A DNA stretch of 64,000 nt from assembly GCF_008831285.2 (NCBI RefSeq), contig NC_045138.2:11408001-11472000 (forward strand), given 5' to 3'. The translations under genes and the position numbers were made by a program. Numbering within the stretch: the first letter of the stretch is position 1; each line of letters opens with the position of its first letter. Source of the stretch: Nymphaea colorata (lineage: Eukaryota). Below, piece after piece: positions 37,060 to 49,914 of this stretch. The notes under the pieces were generated by a model. That model was given only the letters and a program-made list of their open reading frames with translations. It was not told where the DNA came from and searched no databases.

Positions 37060-40000
37060 ATAATCAAACTAATCAAATCAAGCTTCATAAACTTATGTGT
37101 TTAAGACGATTGATGATAGGTAAATCCAATATATTATGTATGTAATCAATATTAAGGTTTATGTTCATAATCAAATCAACCGACCTAATCTTCATTAAAA
37201 AATGTGTTTAAGACGATAGATGATAAATAACATTGACGTAACATTTATATTGACAATATCAAAGTTATAAGTTTGTAATTAAACCAATTGAATCAATCTT
37301 CATTAGTGCATGTATGTAAGATGAACGATGATAAATAACATCAACATAAATTTTACGATGACAATAGCAAGTTATATGTTTACAATCAAATCAATCGAAT
37401 CAATCTTCTCTAATGAATGTGACTAGAGCGATCGATGGTAAATTAGATCAACTTAATATTTATATAGACAATATCAAGTTATATGTCCATAATCAAATCA
37501 ATCGACCCAATCTTCATTGACTAATGTCTTTAATATGATCGATAGTAAATGACTTCAACATAACATTTATGCAAATATATCAAGTTATATGTCCATAATC
37601 AAATCAATTGATTCAATGTTCATTAACAAATGCCTTTTAGATGATGATGATAAATAACATCAACATTATAATTATGTACACAATACCAAGTTTAATGTAC
37701 GTAACCAAATCAATCAATTGAATCTTCTTTAATAATTATCTTTGAGTTGATCGATTATAAATAAGATTTATGTAACATTTAAGTAGGCAATAACAAGTTA
37801 TTTGTTCATAACTATGTCAATCAAACTATTCTTCATCAACAAAGGTGTTTAAGACGATCACTTACAAATAACACCAATGCATTATTTATGTAGATAAATA
37901 ATACCATGTTTTATGCTTGTGAATAATCCAAATGAACCAATTAACGAATATATTGTTGTCAATCGACAATCAATAATATCAATATAACTTTAACACTAAG
38001 TTTTATATCTACAATCAAATCAATGGAATTCATTTTCACTAACATCATCGATGAATATATTGTTGTCTTTGAGGCGATCGATGATAAATAACATCAACAT
38101 AACATTTACGTATATAATACCAAGTTATATATTTATAATAAAATCTATCAACTCATTCTTCATTAACAAGTGTCTTACCTTGTAATAAAGTCAATTGAAT
38201 CAATCTTCATTTGTGAATGTGTTTAAGACAATAAATGATATATATAAGATCAATGACTTTTAAGTAGACAAATACCAAGTAATATGTTTGTAATCAAATT
38301 TACGTAAACAATACCAACTTATATGTACGTAATCAAATCAATCAAACCAATCTTCATTAAAAATATGTTCAAGATGATCGATGATAAATAACATCAATGT
38401 AACATTTACGTAGTTAATACCAAGTCATATGTTTGTAATAAAGTCAATTGACTCAATCTTTATTAATGAATGTATTTAAGACTATCAATGATAAATAACA
38501 TCAATATAAAATTTACGTCGGCGGTACCAAGTTATATGTTCGAAATCACTTACCAAGTTATATATTTGTAGTCAAATATATCACATCAATCTTTATTAAC
38601 AAATATATTTTAAGACGATCAATGATAAGTAGCATTAATATAAAATTGACATATACAATACCAGGTTATATGTTCATCATTAAATCAATCTTCATTGATG
38701 ATTGTGTCTAAGATAATTGATGATAAATAACATCAATATAACATTTAAGACAATAACAAGTGACACATTTGTAATCAAATCAATCAAAACAATCTTCATT
38801 AATAAATATATCTAAGACAATCGATGTTAAGTAATATAAATATAACATTTACATAAATAATGCCAAGTGATATGTTCATAATCAATTCAATTGAACTAAT
38901 CTACATTTACAAATGTATTTGAGATTATCGATGATTAACAACATCAATGTAACATTTACATAAAAAAAAAATCAAAGTCAAATATTTATAATTAAATATA
39001 TCGATGCCATGTTCATTAACGAGTTTAAGGCGATCGATGATAAACAACATAAACATAACATTTACCTAGACAATACCATGATATATTTTGGCAAACAAAT
39101 CAATGAAACCAATCTTCATTATTGAATGTGTTTAAGAAGATGGATGATAAATAACATCATTTGTAATAGACATTACTTTGCTATGAGTCCTAACCAAATC
39201 AGTCGGCCTGATCCCCACAAACGATGTCGATGATAACTGACATCAATATGACAATCACGTAGATAGTGCGAAGTTATATATTTGCAATCAATTCAACCAA
39301 ACTAATCTTATTATTGAATGTGTTTAGCACGATCAATGGTAAATAAAATCAACTACACATTTACTTCAACATGTTTGAAATTTAATTCAATATTCATATG
39401 CTTGAAATCTAATCAATTGAATCAATCTTTATAAACAAATGTATTTATGACAAATGATGATAAATAACTTCAACATAACATTGATGTTGACAATAACAAG
39501 TTTTCTATTCAAAGTCAAATCAATCAAATCATTTTTCATAGATGTCTTTAAGATGATCACTGATAAAAAAAAAATTAAAATATCAAGTTTTGTAGACATT
39601 ACCGTCTTATATGCTCACAATCAAATCAATCGATCATTCATCAACAAATGCCTTTCAGACGGTTGTTGATAAATAACATCAATATAACATTTACGTAGAC
39701 AATGCAGAGTTATGTGTTCACAATCAAATCAATCGAACCAATCTTCATTATTGAATATCTTTAGGATGATTGATGTTAAATAACAACAACTTAACACTTA
39801 AGTGGACAATATGAAGTTATATATCCATAATCTAGTGAATCAACCCAATCTTTATTAATGAATAGCTTTAAGATTATTAATGATAGTTAACATCAACATA
39901 ACATTTATGTTGATAACACCAAGTTCTATTCTATGTTTGTAAACGAATCAATAAAACCAATCTTCGTTAACTAGTGTATTTAAGATGATTGATGATAAAT

Positions 40001-43000
40001 AACATCAATGTAACATTTATATGGACAATACTAAGTTATATGTTTGTAACCAAATCAAGTGAATCATTCTTCATTAATGAATGTCTTTATGACATTCAAT
40101 GACAAATAACACCAACTTCTCATTTACATAGACATTACCAAGTTATATATCTACAATCAACTCAATCGAATATCGAATATGTTCATTATGATCGATGATA
40201 AATAACATCTACATAACATTTACATTATTAATATCAAGTTATTTGTTCATAATCAAATCAAATGAATAAATATTCATAAATGATTGTGTTTAAGGAAATT
40301 TTTACATAGACAATACCAAGTTATAAGTTTATAAGAAAATCAATCGAACAAATCTTCATTATCAAATATATTTAAGATGATCGATAATAAATAACATCAG
40401 TATAAAATTTTTGTAGACATTACCAAGTTCTATGTTCATAATGAAATCAATTCACCCTATCTTCATAAATGAATGTCTTTCAAATGATCGATGATAAATA
40501 ACATTAACACAACATTTACGTAGAGAATAACAAGTTATTTGTTCACTTTCAAATCAATCGAAACAACCTCTATTATATATTGTGTTTAGCACAATTGATA
40601 ATAAATAACATCAACTTAATAGTATCCATCTTCATAAACGAATATGTTTAAGACAGTTGATGATAAATAACATCTACATAAAATTTATGTGAACAATACC
40701 AAGTTATATATTCATATCCAAATCAATCGAGTCGATCTTTACGAATTTCATTAAGATGATCGAAGATAAATAACATTAACATAACATTTTCATAGACATT
40801 ATCATGATCTAAATTTGTAATCAAATCAATCCACCCAAATTTCATTAATGAATGTCTTTAAATTATCACTGATAAATAACATGCACATAACATTTACGTA
40901 GACAACATCAAGTTATGTGTTCAAAATCAAATCAATCAAACTAATATTCATTATCAATATGTTTAGGATGATTGATTTTAAATGACATCAACCTAACATT
41001 TACGTAAACCATATCAAATTATACATCCATAATCTAATAATCGACCCAATCTTAATGCCTTTAGGATGACTGAAGATAAATAATGACAATATGGAATTTA
41101 CGTACATAATACCAAGTATTATGTTCGTAATCAAATCAATCTTCATTGACGATTGTCTTTAAGACGATCGATGAAAAGTAACATCAATGTAATATTTACA
41201 TAGACATATCAAGTTATATATTTGTAATCAAATCAATCTTCATTAATAAATCTGTTTACGACTAATAATAAATAATATCAACAAAACATTTATGTAGATA
41301 ATAACAAGTTACATGTTCGTAACCAAATCAATCGAAACAATCTTCATTAGCAAATATGTTTAAGACGATCGATTATAAGTAACATCAACTTCACATTCAC
41401 ATAGACAACGCCAAGTTATGTATTCATAATCAAATCAATTGAACCAATTTTTGTTAATGAATGTCTCTAAGATGATTGATGATTAATAACTTGAATGCAA
41501 CATTTACATAGAAGTAACAAAGTTATAAGTTCATAACAAATATATCCAATCTATCTTTATTAACAAATGTGTTTAAGGTGATAGATGATGAATAACATTA
41601 ACATAACATTTACATAGACAATATCGTGTTATATGTTTGTAATTAAATCAATTCAACCAATCAGTATCAATAAATGTCATTATGATGATCAATGATAAAT
41701 AATATAAACTTGACATTTATGTAGACAATGCTAAGGTACATGTATAAAGTCAAATAAATCAAACCAATCTTCATTAAAAAATATATTTAAAACAATCAAT
41801 GATAAATAACATTAACATAACATTTTTTTATACCTTGTTATACGTACATCATCAAATCAATCAATACAATCTTTATTAAGAATGTCTTTAGGATTATCAA
41901 TGTTAAATAACATCAACATAACATTTACTTAAATAATACCAATTTATATGTTTGTATACAAATCAATCGAACCAATCCTTATTATTGAATGTGTTACGGA
42001 TGATTGATGATAAATAACATCAACATAACATTTTTATAGACATTACCTTGCTACATGTCATCATCAAATCAATGACCTGATCCCATAAAGGAATGTCTTT
42101 AAGATGATTGATGATAAATGACATCAAGGTGGCATTTATATAAACAATATGAAGTTATATGTTCACAATCCATTCAATCAAACTAATCTTCATTTTTTAA
42201 TGTGTTTAGCACAATCAATGTTCAAAAACATCAATTTAACAATTTATTTAGAAAATACTAAGTAGTATGTTCATAATCTAATCACAATCCAATCAATCTT
42301 CATAAAAGAATGTGTTTAAGAAGAATGATGATGGATAACATCAACATAACATTTAAGTAGATAATACCAAGTTATTTATTCACAATCAAATTACTTTTCA
42401 TGAATGTCTTTAAGAGATCGCTAATAAAGAAAACATTAACATAACATTTTTGCATTACCATGTTATATTAACGTAATAAAATCAGTCAATTTAATATTCA
42501 GCAACATCACATTCACATAGACAATATGAAGTGATGTGTTTGCAATCAAATCAATCCAACCTATCTTCATTATCGAATATCTTTAGGATGATTGATGATA
42601 AATAATATCAACTTAACATTTAGGTTGACAATCTTAAGTTATACATCCATAATGTAATGAATCTACCCAAATCTTCTTTAACAAATGTCTTAAAGATGAT
42701 TGATGGTAGATAACATCAACATAACATTTACATAGATAATACCAAATTATTTGTTTGTAATTAAATCAATAAAATCAATTTTTACTGATGATTGTTTTTA
42801 AGACAATCGATGATAAATAACATCAATGTAGCATTTACATTGACAATACTAAGTTATATGTTTATAATCTAATCAATTGAACCAATCATCATTAATGAAT
42901 ATCTTTATGATGTTTGATGATAAATAATACCAACTTAACATTTACGTAGACAATAACAAGTCACATGTTCGTAATCAAATCAATCAAACAAACCTTTGTT

Positions 43001-43118
43001 AACAAATGTGTTAAAGATGATCGATCATAAATAACATTAACATATCATTTTGATAAATGTTACTATGTTATATATTCATAATCAAATCAATTGACTCAAT
43101 GTTTAATAATAAATGTCC
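37060..43118 (+). repeat. AT-rich tandem array, ~107-bp monomer, ~55 copies
   Basis: Consensus approximates AATCAAATCAATCGAACCAATCTTCATTAATGAATGTGTTTAAGACGATCGATGATAAATAACATCAACATAACATTTACGTAGACAATACCAAGTTATATGTTCAT. Anchors at ~37168, 37277, 37385, 37491 and 37597. Confidence 0.97.
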
Positions 43119-43149
43119 TACTACTGTGGAGGGGCTTTAGGCACACGAC

Positions 43150-46100
43150 CTTGTTGAAGGTACTTTACTTATTGGTTCTCATATTGATAAAGTGTTGTTT
43201 GATGCAGGGGCAACTCATTCATTTATATCTAGTTGATTTGCTACTTCACTAGAAGTGTCGGCTAGGAAGATGCCATATGTTTTAAAAGTTGTCAGCCCTA
43301 TGCATGCTCAAGAGTCGTGTAGCGAGTATCTACCTGATGTGGACGTGGAGATCCATCAACATCACTTACCTGCACAGTTGGTGATCATGAGTCTCAGCGA
43401 TTTCGATGTGATTTTGGGCATGGATTTGTTATATGCGCATTATGCTAATGTAGATTGCAAGAAGAAGCAGATACAATTGTTGACTGATGAGATGCAGCCT
43501 GTAGAATTTCATCCTCGTAAAGCTAGTCGAACTGACAAGATTATGGTGTCTACATTGAAAGCTAAACGTTTGATAGGAAATGGAAGTGTTGCGTTCTTGG
43601 TCAACGTGTTGACCAATGAGATTGAACCGGTGAGGTTACAGGATGTTGCCGTTGCGAGTGAGTACCCCGATGTGTTTCTTGAGGAATTGTCAAGTCTGCC
43701 TCCAACACGAAAAGTGGAATTCAAGATAGAGTTGCTACCAAGGACAGCTCTCATTTCTAAGGCACCATACCGAATGGCACCAGTCGAGTTAGAAGAATTG
43801 AAGAAGCAATTGTAAGAGCTCTTAGACAAGGGCTTCATCCGACCTAGTGTGTCACCTTAGGGAGCACGTATGTTGTTTGTTAAGAAGAAGGATAGAACAA
43901 TGCGCTTGTGTATCGATTGCCGCATGTTGAATCAAGTCACCATCAAGAATAAGTATCTGCTTCCAAGAATTGAATACTTGTTTGATCAACTCAAGAATGC
44001 AAGAGTATTCTCCAAGATCGATCTGAGGACAGGTTATCATCAACTCTTGATACGGGAGGAAGTTGTTGTTAAGACTGCTTTTCGAACTAGATATGGGCAT
44101 TATGAATTCAGGGTCATGTCTTTTGGATTGACCAATGCTCCTGCAGCGTTTATGGACCTCATGAATCGGGTGTTCCAAGACTACTTGGATTGATTTGTTA
44201 TTGTTTTTGTTGATGATATTTTGGTATACTCAAAGAGTGAGGCAGAGCATAGAAATCACTTGAGAAGTGTGTTGGGTCTTTTGCGCAAGCATAAGCTTTA
44301 TGCCAAATACTCAAAATGTGAATTTTGGCTAGAGAAGTTAAACTTTCTGGGTAATCTCGAAGGATGGAGTCTCTGTCAATCCGGCCAAGGTGTCGGCTGT
44401 ACAGGACTGGAAGGCACCATGCAATGTAACTGAGGTTAGAAATTTTTTGGGATTGGCAGGATATTATCGCCGGTTTATACAAGACTTTTCGAAAATAGCT
44501 ATGCCCATGACTAAGCTATTAAGAAAAGGAGTGAAGTTTGTTTGGAATGAAGAGTGTGAGAAGAGTTTTTAAACTCTGAAGGACAAGCTGACTACTACAC
44601 CTATTCTGACGCTTCCATCAGGTCATCCTGGTTTTGTAGTGTACACAAATGCATCGGGAATCGGTTATAGTTGTGTATTGATGCAACATGGCCGTATGGT
44701 GGCTTATGCATCAAGACAGTTGAAGAGCCATGAGCAACACTATCCCACTCATGATTTGGAGTTGGGAGCGGTTGTATTTGCATTGAAGATTTGGAGACAT
44801 TATCTCTATGGGGCAACGTTTGAGGTGTTTACAGATCACAAGTCATTGAAGTATATATTCTCTCAAAATGATCTAAATCTAAGGCAAAGAAGATGGATTG
44901 AATACTTAAAGGATTATGATTTCATGATATCATATCATCCTGGCAAGGCGAATGTGGTGGTTGATGCTTTGCGCAGAGCAACGTTGTGCAGTATGTTGAC
45001 TCGTTCATGGACATTATTGCAAGATGTGATAGCATGACAACCTTACCTTTATGGCAAGAGCAAAGCAACAATGACGACCTTGATACGACATCCTTTGTTT
45101 GATGGGCTTAAATTGAAGCAAAAGGAAGATCCCGATTTTGCTAAGAATATGGAAGAATGTAAGAAGGTAGATTCTCTTTGGCATCAAGATGAAGATGGTT
45201 CATTGTGGTTTCGACAAAGATTGTGGGTCCCTAGAGATGAAGGGGTTAAGCGCCAGTTGCTTGATAAAGCTCACAAATCTAAGTTTTCTATACACCTTGG
45301 CAGCACAAAGATGTTTCAGGATATGAAAAAAAAATTTTGGTGGCCTGGAATGAAGCGTGAAATTGCAGAATATGTAGCAAAGTGCTTAGTTTGTCAGCGG
45401 GTCAAAGCAGAGCATCAACGGCCAGGGGGCTTGTTGCAAAGAATTGATATCCCAATGTGGAAATGGGAAGACATTACGATGGATTTTATGGTTGGTTTTC
45501 CTCACAGCAGAAGACAACATGATGCCATATGGGTGATTGTTGATCAACTTACGAAGTCCGCTCATTTTCTGCCAATAAGAATCAGTCAGTCTTTAGAAAG
45601 TCTCGCAGAGTTATATATTGACGAGATAGCGAGATTGCATGGAGTGCCAAAGTCTATCATTGCGGATCGAGATCCACGGTTTACCTCTAGGTTTTGGGGA
45701 CAATTGCAAAAGGCATTGGGTACTAAGCTTAAGCTAAGCACAGCATTCCACCCCCAAACCGATGGGTAATCTGAGAGGATCATTCAAACCTAAGAGGATA
45801 TGTTGCCTGCATGAGACTTAGAGTGGAAAGGAGAATGGGACAAACATGTGAAATTGACAAAATTTGCGTATAATAACAGTTACCACTCTAGTATTGGGAT
45901 GGCACCTTTTGAAGCTTTGTATGAAAGGTTGTGCAGATCGCCCGCTTGTTGAACCGATTTGCGTGATGGCAAGATTGAAAACCCTTTAGTATTACAACAC
46001 TATACCGACCAAGTGCAATTGATAAGGAAAAAGTTGTTGACTTCTCATAGTAGACAGAAAAGCTATGCCGACATTCGACATAGAGAGTTGGCTTTTGAGG

Positions 46101-46522
46101 TTGGTGATCACGTGTTCTTGAAGATTTCACCTACTAAAGGTGTTTTTCGTTTTGGTGTGAAGGGAAAGTTGAGCTCGAGGTTCATGGGACCTTTTGAAAT
46201 CATAGAGAAGATTGGAGAGGTGGCATACAGATTGGCACTACCACCTAATTTGAGTCATGTTCATGATGTTTTCCATGTTTCCCTGCTTCGAAAGTACGTA
46301 CTAGATCCTACGCATGTGATTGATTTTCAAGGTATTCAGGTGCAAGATGATTTGACAATGGAAGAAAAGTCTATTACAATTGTGGATCAAAGAGAGCAAG
46401 TGCTTCGTACGAAGAGAATTCCTTTAGTAAGGGTGGAATGGCAACACCATGGGTTGAAGGAGAGCACATGGGAACTTGAGAAGGATATGCGAAAGAAGTA
46501 CCCGCATCTGTTCTTGCATTGA
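43150..46522 (+). pseudogene. Chromovirus pol (protease, RT, RNase H, integrase, chromodomain)
   Basis: [81 protein letters not shown] and VEWQHHGLKESTWE. Several stops and a frameshift near 44355. Confidence 0.95.
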
Positions 46523-46570
46523 GGTGTGATCTAAATTTCGAGGACAATATTTTATTTAAGGAGGGTAGGA

Positions 46571-49500
46571 TGTAACGCTCGTTCCTTTTGTTAAGAGAGG
46601 TTGGGCTGGAGCGGGTCCAGACCCGGACCCGATCTCCACTCGTGGAAGGGAGCCCGATGTCGCCCTCGTCTCCCTCGTCTCCCTCGTTTCCCCTTTTCGT
46701 CTCTCCCTTTGTTACGACCACAACGCAGAGAAGAGAAAGACAGAGGTCAGTGCAGCGGCGACGGGAGTGGACAGTGGCAGCGGCGGTGCTCAGGTGAACC
46801 ATCGGTCTCTCTTCCTGTCTCTCCCCTGTTATCCCCCTTTCTACCAGCCCTCTCTCCTGCACTCTCTCTCTCTCTGTCAATGCTCTCTGCTCGAGCCCTC
46901 TGCTCTCTGTCTGAGCCCTCTTTGATCGCCCTCTCTCTATGCATGCCCTCTTCCTCCCACGCATCCTTGCACGCTCTCTCTCTGCCTGCACTCTCCCCTC
47001 TCCGTCAGTACCCTCTGCCCATGCCCTTTCCCTCTCCCGTGTGATGCCCTCTACTCAAGTTCGCTCCCCATTTTCTGATTGTTTTTCCCCTTTTCCCCAA
47101 CCGAGCAATCTTCCTCACTGATTTTATCACAATTTGATAGCATTCCAACTTTGAGGACGTGTCCTTTTCCTCATAACAGCGATTAGACGGTGTTGTGTTG
47201 GTGTTGGCAGCATTGCACGATTTTTGCCACTTGGGGGTCGTTTGAACGCTTGAGGTGGCTGCCGAGAGGATTACAGCAGTCTAGACTATAATTTTGGGGT
47301 GAGCGAGGCTTGACCAAGCCTAAATCAACTGTTATTTTCAATTAGAGCATGTATAATTATTGTTTGAGCATGCTAGAATTTAGAATTTGATGTTTAGGGA
47401 TGCATGTTAGCGACTTTGCTTTTTGAGGAAAGTTTAGGATTATGTTGGAGAAGCGATGATTCATATATATATATTGATCTTTTAAGCTTGATGTGTTGAT
47501 TTTCGAAGCAATAGAGAAGCATGGTAGAGATTGTGATGTTGTGGGGAAGATTTAGAACCATCTTAGTGAGAGCGTGACACATGTTTTTGTGAACGGGTGT
47601 ATCTTGAAGTTATTTGGGGAAAGTATACGTAAGTTGGATATGACTATGGGGTTGACGCCTCGACTAAAGAAAGCAAATGAGAATTGGGTTGTGATGAATT
47701 GATCGAAATAATGAATTTTGATGTTTGGTGGCAACGTCAAGAGGTTAGGAGGAGGCCTATTGGAGGGCTTGTAGGTCGACACTACCCGTCGACACCTTCT
47801 TGAGGCGATGACATGTGCATCAATGATTTTGTTTTATGTTTGTTTGGATCGTAAAGGTAGCTAGTAGAAATCTTATCTTGTGGTTATGTCTGCAGGTACA
47901 CCAGACACATCTCGTAGACCTTGAGCGACCAGTTTCGAAGCTCGACCATTTTGAAGAGTCTTGTGGGCGCACGACAGATATGGCAGCATTTTAGGCAAAT
48001 CCCTGCCTGGGCAAATGTGTGAATGTGTCTTCTTAGGATTGTGGGATCCTAAGATTGTGATGTGATTGATGGATTGTTTTGTGAACGATTGTGTGTATGC
48101 ATGCAAATGGATTGATATATGATATGATTTGTTTTGAAAGACTATTATACGCATGTTTTGAAAATGTTACGCATTTGCATATGCATGCTAGAATTGATCA
48201 CTGTTTAGGACAGATGAGGTGGGGTATCGAGTTGAGTCTCTCATCGACCCCAATTATGCATTAGAAAGCATCCTAGAATGATAAGTGCATAGGACAGCTA
48301 CGAGCCAATCACAGATCGAGACTACTCTCTGTGGTTTGGCTAAGTTTTTCAAAGAGGTGATTGATGTGATAATTGATATGAAGGTTGTGCTTTGTTGCAT
48401 ATACATTACCGTGGGCAATGATGCAAATGAATGAATTGGAGGGTAATTGTACTCGTATTGTATGACGGCTAGCTATGGCTGTTAATATTATCTGTAGATC
48501 TCGTGTGTAGGCAATTAGAGGCGTGGGTGCACTCGTGAAGTGAACCATCCTCATGAGTTAGCCAGTCATTTTGTGAATGTGAATTTATAATGATAATAAT
48601 GTAAGAATAAGAGATGAGATGCCAGTGGGTTGTGGCAATGTGTTTGGGAGACGTCCCGCTTTCGCCACTGGTCTCGCCTATTCAGAGCGCAGGCGATGCA
48701 AGGCCCTAGAGTACTGTTGTGGGTTGTACTTGGAGCATTGGGCTCCCGCCTTCCCAACCTGGGTGTCCTAGGGAAGGCTGAGTTTCTCTCTGTAGAATTC
48801 ACACACCCATGGATGAGTGCTCTACCACTGCATTGGATGAATGGATCCATACCGTTATGGGCCACCAAGAGGGTTGTCTCTCGGCTATGGACCGTCCATG
48901 GTATGCACGTGCCTCTGTTTGCACCCACAGGAACTGTCAATTTATTAAAGCTAATGAAAATAAAAGTATGTGAATGAAATGTGTGTGAACGAATGTACGT
49001 GATTGATGGGCATGTGAATGCTATGAATGAAATGAAATGTTTAAGCATGCCTTGCATGTGATTGAGATTGTGTTACTATCGCCCTTGAGTGGCCTTTTCA
49101 TGTCGTGGTCTATGTTAGGGTTCGTGGTAAATGATGTGTCTATGCTCTAACACGACATGATGATAGATTGTTTTTATGATTGTTCTCAGATTTGAACCCT
49201 ACCTAAGATGGTTTGGAATTTTTCTTGCTTGTTGCCATACTACGAAGGCTAAGCCTTCTGTTGTTTCATTTTTTAGGTTTTGGTGGACCAGGGGCAGTAG
49301 GTTGAGCAGATGACTTCACTCATGTCCTACTGGAGAGGTTTTGGGTCTTTTGTAGTGTCGTCGCATCTTATTTTGATTGTATTGATGTCTTGTTTTTGTT
49401 AGACATCAATTATATGTTTTGGGGCATTTTTGTCATACACTTAGATGTGATTTTATATGAATCAAAATTGTTATATGAATGAAAGTTCGTCCCATTGTTT

Positions 49501-49600
49501 TGAATGGCATAGCTCCCTCTTTTGAATTGTTGTGTCGTCACACTTCAATGCTTTATGAAAAAAAAATGTGTTTAAGGGTAAAAAAGGTTGGGGTGTAACA
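46571..49600 (+). mobile_element. 3' LTR (~3.0 kb) of the chromovirus
   Basis: Starts TGTAACG immediately after the PPT and ends GGGGTGTAACA. Confidence 0.8.
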
Positions 49601-49914
49601 TTAAAGATTCATTTGATTGATTGTAATCATAAGTACGTAATGATAGAAATGAGATATAAATATTTCTTTTATGCAATCGCAGTTCATCTAATGAGATTAA
49701 CTTGTAATTACAGCTATAAGGGTTTATTTAAATTATTGTAATCTCTAGTATGTAATGATATGAATGAGATTTAAGTCTTTTGTTTGCACAAGTGTAGTTT
49801 GATTAGTGAGATTCGTTTGCAATTATATCCATAGAGATTCATTTAATTTATTGCAACTCACAGTTATGTAATGACAAAACAATATCTAAGTCCTATTGTA
49901 TAATTATAGTTCGA
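49601..49914 (+). repeat. ~115-bp AT-rich tandem repeat (~3 copies); similar sequence resumes at ~53760-53900
   Basis: Recurring GTAATGA..GAGAT and ATTAACTTGTAATTAC motifs. The latter also occurs at ~53882. Confidence 0.6.

Larger units (their letters stand above)
43120..49600 (+). mobile_element. 5'-truncated Ty3/gypsy chromovirus (Tekay/Del-like)
   Basis: PR-RT-RH-INT-chromodomain, PPT (AAGGAGGGTAGGA, 46558-46570) and 3' LTR. No gag, PBS or 5' LTR. Confidence 0.92.

Noticed and set aside
46374..49057. ORFs in the chromovirus LTR
   Set aside because: Low-complexity or motif-free frames inside a non-coding LTR.
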